Below, in pieces: positions 1-13,135 of a stretch of 64,000 nucleotides of DNA. The position numbers were made by a program, and so were the translations under genes. The stretch is from NCBI GenBank assembly GCA_015680685.1, contig MNCI01001334.1:180726-244725 (forward strand), written 5' to 3'. The notes beneath the pieces were generated by a model, which was not told the DNA's origin, ran no database searches, and saw only the letters and a program-made list of their open reading frames with translations. Source of the stretch: Gnetum montanum. Its lineage: Eukaryota > Plantae > Gnetophyta. Every line of letters starts with the position of its first letter. Within the stretch, counting starts at the first letter, position 1.

Positions 1-3000
1 TCTTACCCAACTCTAGAACCCAAACATTGTAATATTTTCAATCCTAGGCCTTTTGGAAGATCAAGTCCTTCTACATCTACTACTCATTCAACTGAAGGGA
101 AAGGGAAACCTTGTCTTAGATGGTGTGCTAGTAGTGAGCCCATGTGATCTCCTTGGTCTATAAGGCCCCTGAGTTAGCCACTTAGGCTTTCACAAAGGTC
201 TTACATTCCTCAAGATCCTAGATCCTCTTAGCTTACCTTTCATTTTTCTCCTTCAAGGCCACAACCTATTTCCATAGGGATTCATTGGACCTCTAAATCT
301 CCCATGAAGCTTTTGTGCATGAAACTGCAAAATCAATGGTAGTTCCATATAGCTTTAGGGGAACATGTGAGGTGTTAAAAGGAAGTTTAGGCAAGGAGTC
401 AAACTCCATGTCTTGGGCCAGGTTCCATGCAACTTATGGCACTAAAAATAAGAAAAATATAACCATAAATAAGACATACAATCTGAGGTAGCCATAGCAT
501 AAAATATAACTCATAGTAAAACAACTAAGGTATAGCAAATAATAGTCCTTACCAATCTTTGGTGCAATTTGTTGTAATTGATTGATGATGTCCTTTGCCA
601 TTCCATGAATGAATTCTATCTTGTTTAGGACCTCTAAGCATGGTTTCATGTGAAACATGGATGTAGAGACATTTGCTTATGGCTTAGGAACTATGATAAC
701 CATAACAATCATTAGACAGTAAGAACTAAGAAATTAAGCATAAACCATAGACAATAATGAGTAAAGCATATGCATACCTCGATCCTCATTCTCATTCTCA
801 TCATCATTGAGGATGTCGATTGGAGGCTCCTTGGGTAGTGGCTTGTTGAACAAGGCATATAGATCATCCATATTAATGTGGGATAATCCTATAGCCTCAT
901 GTTACTACAAGAGTACCTCCTTCACATCCTTTGTTCCTCCTCTACCATCGTAGCTATACACCTCTGGTCCTCCTTTGCATGTTTGTACATCTCCTCTGCC
1001 TATCTTTGCTCTTCTTCCATAGTAGCAGCTTAGTCTACTAAGTTCAACCACTAACCTATAGCCATAACCCATCAAACAAGTTAGTATGTGTAGCCATTGG
1101 ACATAACATAGCCAAAAACATTAAGAACATAGTTAAAGCATACTCGTGACTAACTAATCTAACCAAGGGATCTTAAAGATGATTTTTGCTTGGAGGATGG
1201 CTCTAATGCTAATGGTGCTTCCTCCATTGACCATTTTAAACTAGCCTTAGCTACCTTGTTAGCATTGACACATAATTGTCAAGCTCTCTAGATGCTCATT
1301 GAGAATGTAATAGGTTCCTTCCCCATGTTGTCTAGGGATTCACATCAACTACTATTAATATTCTTGGTGGTCATAGACAATGAATCTTCCATGTCTTCTA
1401 GTGGATTTTGAGCCCTACATAATTGGATAAAGATATTTTATCCAAGGCTTAGAGAGTTGTTTTGAATCCTAGTGCACCCATGACTCATTCTTGCTCACCA
1501 CTAAGAATTCTATGAACCTCTTTAGATAGCTTGCAAAAAATGCATAGTGCATGTGGACTATTGTAGAGGGGTTCTCACAGAGTTTGAGGATTTCCTCTTT
1601 AAGGTCCTTAGCCAAGGAAGCATCCTAGTTAAAATGAGTCTCCATTGTCAAGACCTTCTTGAAGGTCCATACTTGGACAATACTAATTACCTTCTTTTGT
1701 GATAACAATTTAGAAAAGGCTTGAGACCTAAATAAGGGATAGGAATCCCTTATGTTAGGGTTCATGATGTTATCAAAAGTAAGTTTAGAGTGATCCTTTC
1801 TAGAAACAAATGACTCCTCAACTTCTAGATAATGGCTAACCTCCTTCATTGGTTTGGTGGCAACTATTATTCCATTAGTAGGAACACAAAACAAGTCACA
1901 AAAGATGGCCTCACTAATGGTAATGATAATTGGCATGCCTCGCATTGTGGTGCAAAACACAGCATCTCTTATGTTGAAGGAGTCAATGATGTTCAACATC
2001 TCTGCAAAAGGGATGGTAGGGCTAGGTACCATAAAGACCTTAAGCAAACTTGCAAGCATGATGTTTGTTTGGATGTTCTTAGACACATGCCCCATCAACC
2101 ACTCCTATGCTAACCCAACTTCATCAAACTTTAGGATTAGAGTATCCACAGAACATCTAGTAAGGGGGATAGTGACATTATTATAAGTGGAATGTCTTAT
2201 AAGCTAAGGATGGATGCTTAGCATCAGTATTGCTAAGTTTAGACCATAGAACACTTAAGACCCAAATAGCCATAAAACCTTAGGTATAACATAGAAAACC
2301 ATCCTTTTTCTCACCTTTCTTCTTTTTGCTTAGTGAAGCTCATGCGGGGTTCCCAGTAGTGATGTCCATATCTTTGATGGCCTTGGAGATCGCCCACAAA
2401 CTGTGAACTATTTTGGTAGCCACATGCTTCTTGTAAACAAGGTTAAATCTGGTAGGGTATTCATCAAAGTCCTCCTTTAGTTGTTCAAAAATGACATGTC
2501 TAATTTTGGGATCTTTGGTGAATTCAATCAACATGGTGTGGGCTACATGGTGTGGGCTAGTGCCAAGATTTGATCATTCTTGACCAAGCCTTGATCATTA
2601 ACCCTATACTTGCAAGATGTGTGTGAAATGTAAAATTTAGGAAAGATGACCAAATTAAATAAAGCTAAAACATTAAAACCTATAATAGCCATGCTTACCC
2701 CTATAATCGTTACATAGTGCTTGGAGGGTTTTGGTATAAGGAGTGGGCTCTTTGCACCATCATCAAAGTATTATTAATGTTGTAACAAGAATACTCTAGC
2801 ATCTTATAGTTGTTTGAAAGATAATGTATATTGGTGATGTCTTTTATCTTCGCTGGCTCTCTTGCTACTCTAGTCTCTAGATCATTGAATATAAATTTAG
2901 CAACCAACCGCGTAGACCAGGGAAGTAGGGTCTTACTATGATCCTACCCACTTCTATAGACAAGTATGATTACATAATCATACTAAAGTTCTATAGAATT

Positions 3001-3150
3001 TAAGAAAAGAATTTCCTTGTCCCCAGATAGAACCATAGTGACTCCTTCTCTAGGTCCATGTCAGGTATACAGGTGTTGGCCTTGGGCTAGCCGATACAAC
3101 ATAGGATGTCCATAAACTCAACCATAATGAGTACAGGCTTCAATAGGACC
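1..3150 (-). pseudogene. Decayed multi-exon antisense cargo gene of Tat copy 1
   Basis: Minus-strand ORF pieces 2710-2907, 2340-2534, 1625-2098 and part of 434-658 align at protein level with copies A/B. Minus-strand donors: GTAAG 2698, GTGAG 2314, GTATG 1143, GTATG 777, GTAAG 552. Acceptors at 3151 and 442. Stops are mostly TAG/TGA/TAA from deamination. Confidence 0.8.
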
Positions 3151-5289
3151 CTACAAGGGAAAAATATAGGCATCATTAGCATCATGTTTCAATGCTTAGA
3201 ATTTCCTTATGAATTTCACAAAACACCTTAGTTAGGGATGAAATTAGCCCCTTTAAAAAACTCTAAAGTGTTTTTCAAAATTCATTTAGAGATTTAATAA
3301 AAACTAGTTTATCCTCCATAGCCATTAAGCCATTATACTCAAAACATCATAGCCAAAATTATGCCTTAGTTCAAACCAAATAGTAATTTAGAAAAAGCAT
3401 TAAAACCTAGAAGAAAAAACCATAGGAAAAATCCTTCTAAAAATAGTAAAAATATCTATTTCTCATGAAACAAACTTTAGAACATAGTTTACATCTTTAG
3501 GCATTTCCAAGGGCATGGAATTTGGCAAGAGGCATCTCTAAGTATGCCAATAATAGTCATCTCCAAGGGGTAAAGTGCTACAACTAGAATTAAGCCTAAT
3601 TGACATAGCCATAGTTAAAAGTTCATAAAAAAATTCATCAAAGCTCGATTTTAGTGATTTCACCATTGAAGGAATCCTAAAGGCACAAGATTTGTAGCCA
3701 TAACAAGTAAAAAAAAGAAAATACATAACCAACTTTACATGATCCATAGCTAGATTTGCACAACTGTAGCTGTCACCATGCACCCCCTTTTGTGCAGGGT
3801 TGGTGAAAAATTTACCAAAAATTCATTTGAACTCTAAATAGAGTGATTACACCACTATTTGAAATGTAAATCATGCCCTATGCTCCTAAACTTAGAAAAA
3901 ATTAAAAGCCCTTATCATTTATTCATAAAAAATTTGTAAACTTGGATGAAAATCTAAAAAACAGCACAAACTCTAATTACACAACCTAATTGAAACAACC
4001 ATAACTTCTTGGTAATGAATCCAAGTTAGATGTGATCATAACCATTGTAAACCTTAAACATAACCCTAAAAACCTATAACCTTAGATTGTGCCAACATTT
4101 AGCCATTTTCTTAATAAAAAAATCAAATTTTTGCTTTCTTTTCTCATCAAAAAAGCATTTCAAAACACAAAATTCATAAAAACTAATTTAATTTAGTCTT
4201 AAATTGAAGTCAAAATAAAGGGTAGGATTTTGTTAGAATTTAATTTTAACAAAATTATTAGCGTAGTTCTAACAAAAACGACTCCACTACCAAATTTTTA
4301 GAAAAAGCACATAGAAAAGGAAGTCTATTTTACAAATCAAATTTTTGAAAGCCTGAGCAACCAAAAAATCATAGATTTGCATAGAAACGACCAAAATATG
4401 AGGTAGGATTTCATTGGAATTCAATTTCATCAACCCCCTTTCCATAGATTTGAAGAAAATGGCCCCTATCCTAGCTAGAAAAACATAAAAATGGCTAGGA
4501 AACTGGAGAAAATGACTAGAGATGGCCTACTTGGGAGTGAGTGAGGAGGAAGTCTAAATTGAAACAAGCATGGGTATCTTGAAAAGGTTTTGAGTAGCCT
4601 AATCTACCTTCTAATTCCTTGGGTTCTTACGTAATCCTTCACATTTCTTCATCTTAGTTACACCAACGCTATAGAAGCTTGAAACTGAAGATTTGAGGCT
4701 TCTATGTTGGTAGCAAGGAAGCTATGGTGCTTCAATGTTGAAGGGAGATGGTGTTTGTAGCAACAAAATCTCATAGAGCTCTATTCCAATGCACTAGGTA
4801 TGGAATACAAAGTGTGGTTTGTGTTTTAGGAAAATTAGTAATAAAAATTAAGTCTAAACCTAAATGTTCCACTCTCACCCTCATTGCCAATTTTGTGAAT
4901 TAGAACTCAAAGTGCATTGAAGGCCGAGGGGGAGGGGAGGTAGTATTCTCTACATTGGGCATGAAAGGAAAAACAACACTTACACTTAATTTTCTTGATT
5001 TTTTAGGTTTTGGACCATGGGCCTCACCATATGCCCTCATGAATTGTGTTTTTAGACTAAAAACTCCATGAACGATGAGGGTTTTGATCTCTTGAATGTC
5101 TTAAATCATGTTTAATCCTTAACCCCATGCATCCAAACTAGGAAACATGGATCCAACATGGATGCATGCTTCCCATCTTCTAAAACCTTAAAAACCTAAC
5201 TTCCTTGCCATTTTTGGTAGTTGTGATCCACCTCATCCAACCTTGGCTCCGATAGGGGATTAGATATAGTCTAAACTTGGTATTTAGGC

Positions 5290-7802
5290 TTCCATGCTAT
5301 GGTAGCATTGCCTAGTATGGAGCAAAGGGGTAACCTCTATTCTTATCACCCACATCTCATCAAGCTCAGATCTAATCCTCGGAGTGAACCCACATGACCT
5401 AGAACCCCTCCAGTCACTCCTAGAAGCTTCAAAAACTTATCAAACCTAGTTGAAAGTGCATGAAACCTTTGGACTTGGTTCATGTTGATGAACCTTCCCT
5501 CCACATTGGCTAGTGTGGAGGCTCAGGGGTGTAACATAAAATCCTTCCCCAAGCCCTAATTGACCATAAATTCTACTTAGATAGCCCATATATCTCTTGT
5601 AGTCAATAGTAGTGGAGGTTTAAGTTGATTTCCTTTCTTGAAGCTTATCATTACTAGTGAACCCCTCTCCACATTGGCCATCATGGAGCTATCATAGATG
5701 CATTTGGGGTATGTAGGATAACCTTATCTATAGCCAAGAACAACATGATGACCTATCCTAGTAACCTCTAGATCCTTTCAAAGTCTCTCAGAGCCTTCAT
5801 ATGTTACAAAACTGATTAAAAATGGTAAAATTTCATCATCCCCATTTCTTCCATATTGAGGTGACCTTGAACAGCATNGTGGGGTATGGGAGGGGAGGGG
5901 ATGACTACATGAACATCTTGGAGCCTTCAAACTGATCAATTTTGACATCAAATTAAGATCCTTGACCCTCTATAGCCCTAATAGCTTTGAAATCCTATCA
6001 AAACTTATCAAACGTGGTCCAAAACTTGACCTCAAGTTCATCCACACTCGAGGGAGAGCCTATCAATGTTGACCAACATGGAGCTAGTGTGGATGTAGCT
6101 AGGAAGGTCCAAGGGAAGTTATAGACACAACAAAATAAGGTAAAACTACCCTAAACTTATCCTACAACCTTGCTAGCACATTTGGGAGTTACCATACTTC
6201 CTTAAAATGATCAAATATTATCAAAAATCAATCCCCTAAGGTCTTTCTAGCTAGTTCCATGTTGGCCATCATGGAACAAAGGGGGTAAGACAAAAAACCA
6301 TTGAAAAACCTTTGAAATTGAAAAATTTTAACATTATTCCTTGACCATTGATGGCAGAAACCTTGGAACTACACATGCATAGCCAAAATTAATCTAAAAT
6401 AGCCAAAACTAATCCCCCTATTCCTCCTAGCTAGTTCCATGTTGGCCAACATGGAACTAGAGGGATGACTTTAAAAGCCACTTAGCAAAGATCCAAATTG
6501 ACTAGTTTTAACCTTAAACCCTAACCCTCGACCTCATCAACCATTGGAGCACAAATGCATGGTTGATTAAGGTCAAAATTGGTCTAGATCTAATATTTAT
6601 AATTCTTCCATGTTGGGAACCCTCTCTTCCATGCTAGCTCNACTCTAAAGCCTTCAAACCTTAAGAAATGGACTAAACATTGCCAAAAGTTAATCGCTTT
6701 TGGTCTTCCTAGTTGGTTCCATGCTAGCCAGTGTGGAGCTACCATGGAACCAAGGAGATAGGCCATAAAACCATTCAAAAGCCTTTAAAAATGACTAATT
6801 TTAACCCTAAACCCTATCCCTTGATACCAATAACCCTGGGAGTGCACATGCATGGTTGATTGTTGTCAAAATTAATCTAGATCAACTACCTTTTCTTCTC
6901 AAATAATAAATTGAGACTCCAAGAGACTAAGAACCTACATCGAGGAAGCCCAAGACCTCATAGCCTTAACCAAATGCCTATTTTCATCCTTGAAACTCAT
7001 CCACTTCTATCTTCCATGCTAGTGTAACTCTCCCAGCATGAATCAAGAGGGGTGGGGGAGAGAGAGGAGGGGGGTGAGGGGAGGGATGTTAAATGTCATA
7101 AAATAGCCTTCAAACATGATTGAAATTAATCAAAACCCATAGAAATCATAGTGTGCTCCCCCAGGGACTTGGAAATCTAGTTGATTTACTCTACAGATCA
7201 TCATAAGATAAAAAATAAGAGTCCCACCTCTGCTCCACATTGGCTCCATGCTGGCCAACATGGATACTACTTCAAACTTGAGTTTACACTCAAAACCTTC
7301 TGAAATGGCCCTAAAAAAACCCTAGATCTAAGCTCCAACTACTTGTTTGACCTTATTTGATCATGTTTTAGCTTGTATTTGGATTATCCATGTTGAGCCC
7401 CCCTCTATCCATGTTGGCCAACATGAAAACAAGGGGGTAGAGTTTCCAAACCTACTTTTTAACCATTTTCAACTTCCATATGCCCAATTTTGATAGATAT
7501 GGCCTTTCACTACCTTGGAAAGGCCTTAGAACCTCAATCTTGATCCTTTGAATGGCATACATCCTAGTTTCCTTTTTTTTTATGCTAGGACCACCCTACC
7601 CAATGTGGAAGACATTTTTCAGGTTCAAAAGAGGGATCCCAAGGGTTGAAATTGAGGCCAAAACTAGCCATTCCCTTCCCTAGTCAATTGCACTAACATG
7701 AAAGCCATTGAAGTTTGAAAATGAACTAGAACAAGCTTGGGAAATTTTTTGGATGTCTCATCCATGTTGAGGATCATACCTTCCACACTAGCTAGTGTGG
7801 AA
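5290..7802. repeat. Dispersed array of degenerate palindromes (consensus ~TCCAYRYTRGCYARYRTGGA), partly within ~180-290 bp imperfect tandem units at ~6230-6890
   Basis: Perfect 30-bp palindrome ctagttccatgttggccaacatggaactag at 6431-6460. Perfect 20-bp tccacactagctagtgtgga at ~7782-7801. Imperfect copies near 5500, 5668, 6066, 6256, 6717, 7245, 7408. Confidence 0.8.
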
Positions 7803-8499
7803 ATAAAGGGGGTCCAACATGGAAGCTTGAAAACCCTTGATTTTTAGGTCCAAACATCCTAGAAATGACCTTGCTTAGTAGCCTCAAACCATGGTCCAAT
7901 AAGGACTAAAATTGGGAAAATATAATCTTTTTTGACCAAATTTTGACCAAGATTCATCATGTGTGTCCTACTTTACCTTATTTTAGCATTGCTTTATCAT
8001 CGTCATGACCTATTATGCATTGTTGACCTTGTCTAACCTCACCACTACTTCCTATCTCAATATGTTAGCCCTTTTTTCTCTACACTATAGCCTTATGTAT
8101 CCTTGTTTAGCCTTTGATTGGTGTTGGATAGTGGGGTTTTATCTTCCTTGACCATCATTTGATGCCATGTGACCATGGTCCACTATGGCCTTAAACTTTC
8201 ATCATTGCTCACTAAGGCCTGAAATTGGAAAAATGGTTACCCTTGTTGACCATTTGTGGCCTTATTTCTCATATTTTTTGTTTGAGCTTATTTAAACTTT
8301 ATTTGGGCCTTATTGTAACTTATTTGCTTATTTTTACTCTATTTATAGCCTTGGATGACCTTATTTGCATTATAATGGCATGTATTTGCATAATTTTATT
8401 TAATTTTACCAAGGTATCACTTAATATGGGTTTGGTTGACATGTAAGATTAAAGTATGAATACCTAGAAGTAGATTAGTTTTCCTTTGTGTCTACATGT

Positions 8500-11400
8500 A
8501 TCCCATGGTGATGTTGAGTGGTGTATTTACCTTGATTGCTTAGATCTCAAGCCTGAGAGTCTTATTGATCACATAGCCTCTATTCAAAAATCCTTAGAAT
8601 GACCTAGTTAAGACCCTCGACCTTAAGGCTAGTGACATAACTGAAGACTCTCTGGTTGAGGTTCCTATCACAACACATAGTGGTGAGGAGAAAACCCTTA
8701 AACTAAGTTCCTTACTAGAATCTCAATAGCCTTAAGACATCACCCAATTTTTATAGGACAACATCAAGGAATTCGCTTGATCATATGAAGATATGCTAGG
8801 TTTAGGCCCATGTTTAGTACAACAGAACATCATACTAGATTTTAACATTTGACTAGTTAAGCAAAAATTATGCAAATATTAGACTTGATTTGACCTTAGT
8901 AGTTCACAAAGAGATCTCAAAACTCTACCAAGCAAGTTTCATCCTAGTTTTTGACTAAACAGAATGGATGTCCAACATAGTGGTAGTCCCTAAGAAGAAT
9001 GGGAGTACCTATATTTGCATCAGTTTCTAAGACCTAAATAAAGAAACTATCAAGAATGAATTTCCTCTACTTAGAATTCATCAAATTATCGGTACTATAG
9101 TTGGACATGCCTTATTGTCCTTTATGGATGGGTTCTCAGGATATAATCAAATTAGGATCAACCTAGAGCACCAACTTAGTATGACATTCATGATCCCTTG
9201 GAGTATCTTTTGCTACACTATGATGCTCTTTGGCCTTAAGAATGTAGAAGAAACTTATCAATGAGTCATGACCTATATCTTGAGGGATTACATGCTAGGT
9301 TTGCCCAATGATTACATGGAAAATATAACTATGAAGTCTAAAGGGGTCAAAAACCATACTAATGACCTATATTTTTTTCTTAAATGATGCCTTAAGTATG
9401 AGCTTAGGCTCAATCCCAAGAAATGTGTATTTAGTATCAAGACCGATAAGATGCTTGGTTTTGTAGAATCTAAAGTAAGGATACATGTCGATCTTGATAA
9501 GGTTAAGGCCATATCCAAATTAGTAGTGCCTACAAACCTTAAGCAGCTTCAAGGATCATTAGGTAGATTATAATTTATCCATAGGTTTATTGCTATACTT
9601 ATATATAAGTTATAGCCCATGCAAAAATTTCTTAAGAAAGGGGTTCACTATGAGTGGATGGCTCAATGCTAAGAGGCCTTTAGAAACCTTAAGCAAGACT
9701 TAGCATAACTACCAATAGCCTATCCTCCATAAGAGGGTAAACTATTTTAAATCTACCTTGCTATCTCTAACACATCCATTGCCTCTCTGCTTGTCAAAAA
9801 TGTGATGATGTTGCAGAGATGCCTGTATAATACCTTAGGCATGCATTAGTTTCCCACGAGACATGATATATTGAAGTGTTGAAGTATTGTCTAGCACTAG
9901 TATTCTCATTGAAGAAGTGGAGACACTACCTCTTTAGAATCCAAGTTAATGTCATTTGCAAGGATAACATCCTTAGAGCCATAACCACAAACATCTACAA
10001 GAGTACATGTATAGCCTGATGGAAAGCCATAATAGTGGGTTTGACCTTCATTACATCTCTCAATCCTTAATTAGAAGTTAAGATATAACCATAAAACTCA
10101 TTGTTTTACCTATTGATGACCATGTAGAGATGGATCCTAAGTTCCCTAATGAGTATATCAACACTATTAATCAAGTGCTTGAGGAATATGAGATGGTCAT
10201 GCACTTTGATGGAGCTTAAACTACCCATGGGGCTAGTGGCATTATTATAACATTCCCATTTGGTAAAATCTGATCCTTCACCTATCAATTTGAGTTTCCA
10301 TGTACCAACAACACAATAGAGTATGAAGGTTTTATTAGAGGGATTGTGGTATCTTGTAACCTAGGAATTAGGTGATTAATGATTAAAGGCAATTCTCAAC
10401 TCATGTTTAACTAAGTAATCAAGGTCTATGCATGTCAAGTTAATCACTTACAACATTACTATGACCTAGGGAAGCAATTGTTACAACAATTTATAGACAT
10501 TGATATCCAACACATACCTCAAAACAAGAATGCCAAAGTTGATGCAATTGCAATGTTAGCCCTTAGTGTAATGCTAGATGTGTTTAGTAGGTTGTCCACC
10601 TTAACTATGGACTATGCTATTTCCATCATGTAGAACATTGAGGATACCTTTGTGGCCATAGTTCATACTTCTCCTACTCAAGAGTGGTATGATGATATAA
10701 AATTTTACCGTATGCATGGTGAATCCTCACAAGGCCTGACTATTACTCGAAAGGATGCTATACACAAATGATCGAAGTAATATGTCATCATAGGCAATAA
10801 CACATTATGTCAATGGTCTTACAATGGTGTATTGTTAAAGTGCATGGGTAGAATTGATGTCAAAATAGTCCTAGAGCAAGTTCAATAGGGTGTTTGTGGT
10901 AGACATATAGGACCTAGAGCTATGGTTGCTAAGATTAGATGGTTAGGCTATTGCTAGCCTTATATGGAAAGTGATTTCTTGTAGAAGGTTTAGACCTATG
11001 ACACATGCCAATGGCATAGAAATCTTATACATGTACCATGGATTGAGTTACACACCACTTAGGTAACTTGACCTTTTAATGATAGGTGTTGAATATCATT
11101 GGACCTATAATGCCTAAGTCATTGGTAGGGCATAGCTTCATCATCATCACAACTGAATACTTTACTAAGTGGGTTGAAGCTATTCTCCTAAGGATGACAA
11201 TGTCTAAACAAGTCTATAAATTCATCCTCAATAACATTGTAGCTTATTTTAGCATACCCATTATCATAGTTACAAATAATGGACCAAAACTTAGCAGCCA
11301 AGAAACAAGGAATTTCTATCATGACCTTGACATTAAGCATTATTTCTTGTCACCTTACTAACCTTAAGCCAATGGACAAGTAGAAGCAAGCAACAAGGAC

Positions 11401-11925
11401 ATCATCAACTTACTTAAGAAGATTCTTAACAACAACAAGTGCAAATGGCACGAGTAGCTTGTTAATGCACTTAGGGCCTATCATATATCTTACTGTACAA
11501 CAACTAGTGTAATACCTTATAGCTTATTTTATGGTTTCGAAGCTATTTTACCTCTTGAATTACATGTATCATCACTCCAAGTGGCCTTGAATGATTTCAT
11601 CAATGAGAATTAGAGCAAAAATTTGTGGATAGAAAACCTAGACTCAGTGGAGGAGGAACATATGCAAGCACTTGCTCATGTCGAGTAGTATCAAAAGAGG
11701 TAGAAATAGTAGCACCACCATAACTTAACCAAGCATAAGATCAATAAAGGTAACCTGGTCCTCACAAGCCATCCATGAGCATGCAAATAAATTCTCAGCT
11801 AATTGGGAAGGATCCTTTCTTGTCACCAGAGTCTATGACAATGGAGCATTTAGGATTTCAGACATGGATGGAAATGAATTGGTCAATTAGGTTAATCAAT
11901 CCTATGTAAATCCTTATTACATGTA
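8500..11925 (+). pseudogene. pol: Tat pol remnant: RT (~8760-9480), RNase H (~9745-10110), additional archaeal-type RNase H (~10190-10560), integrase (~10680-11925)
   Basis: FA*SYEDMLG; EWMSNIVVVPKKNG; LLSFMDGFSGYNQI; MLFGLKN. aRH: HFDGA...TNNTIEYEG...GNSQL...HIPQNKNAKVDA. INT: GVCGRHIG and IITTEYFTKWVEA (ORF 11086-11361). Many stops and frameshifts. No protease seen immediately upstream. Confidence 0.92.
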
Positions 11926-11989
11926 ACCTACATGTAAACTACAACAACCATGACATCAACAACCACCAACAAGTGAGCCTACTTCACCA

Positions 11990-12190
11990 TGCTCCATTGA
12001 GCCCTTAAACTAGCACCACGGCCTACTGAGGCCTTAAATCGGCACCGTGACCTACCGAGGTCTTAAATCGGCACCACAACCTATCAAGGCCTTACTCCAA
12101 CAACATGATCCACTATGAACTTAAATTGGTAGCATAGCTTGCCAAGGTCTTAAACTAGTACCATGGCCCACCATGGCCTTAAATTGGAAA
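11990..12190 (+). repeat. 29-bp minisatellite (~7 units, GGCCTTAAAYYGGCAC...) downstream of integrase
   Basis: gccttaaa-like core recurs at ~12002, 12031, 12060, 12089, 12118, 12147, 12176. Confidence 0.85.
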
Positions 12191-13135
12191 TATCAGTGCT
12201 AGTTAGCTTGTTTTTATCATTCTATGTGACCTATATGCATTGTAATGTTATAACATGTTTTGTTTACTCAATTTTCTTGTTCTCTTGGAGTTGTATTTGT
12301 AGAATGAAGCTTGGATCCATTGCATGGGTGAAATTCATTGTGGAAACGAGCCACTACGTGATCTTGATGTGCAAGATTTGGTGAGTTTGTCCTGATTTGC
12401 CAAGAGTGCTTGTACCATTACCCTCCATCTAGCATCACTCCTTGAGCCCAACCCCATAGCCTAATTATGGCCTTCCATACCATGGAAAACAATGTTGATT
12501 TATGTTTTCCACCCATGCACTATAGCCAGATGATATCTCTTGATCATGCTCTATCCTCAAGTCCACTTGAATGTCATGTAGCTCATTTAGTGGAAAGATA
12601 ATTAAGTCCATCAAACATGACTAGTTTGATGGGAAAACCAAGTTTTTTGAGTGCAACATAGCTTGTTCAATGGAAAAACCATATCAAATAGGCTATGGCA
12701 ATGAAACCTAATGAAATTTCACACCAAAAAAAAAAAGAAAAAGAAGAAGAAGAAGAAGGAGAAGCAAATTGCCAAGAAGTTAAATGGCTAATGATGCTTC
12801 AAAGCCCAATGGCCAAAGGAATATTGGAGTGAATTAATTGGATCCTTAAAAATATTTACTGAGCAATCAATACTTAAAAACATGTTAGTGTCATGTTATA
12901 TCCATGATGGCAATACTTGGAATACATTGTTAGCCTCCATGACCATCTCCCTAATGACTATTACCACCATCTCATCATAGTCTTATCCCATCATCATAAG
13001 AACTCTTTAGGATGGTTTAACATCACTGGATCAAGTGTGAAGAGAAAACATCAGTGGTGGACCTACAATGGTGTTTTGTATTCTTGGTTGGTACCTCTTT
13101 GGTTAATCCTCTAGATACTAACAAATAGGAGCCAA

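Noticed and set aside
1-3150. Antisense intron-containing gene as a resident host gene
   Set aside because: It occurs three times, at the same position relative to LTR/gag/PR or pol, and has decayed along with the elements. A distant host origin is not excluded.
11990-12190. 29-bp periodic repeats (also 40692-40908, 49682-49830) as a CRISPR array
   Set aside because: Units are degenerate tandem copies without unique spacers, there are no cas genes, and the context is a plant retroelement.
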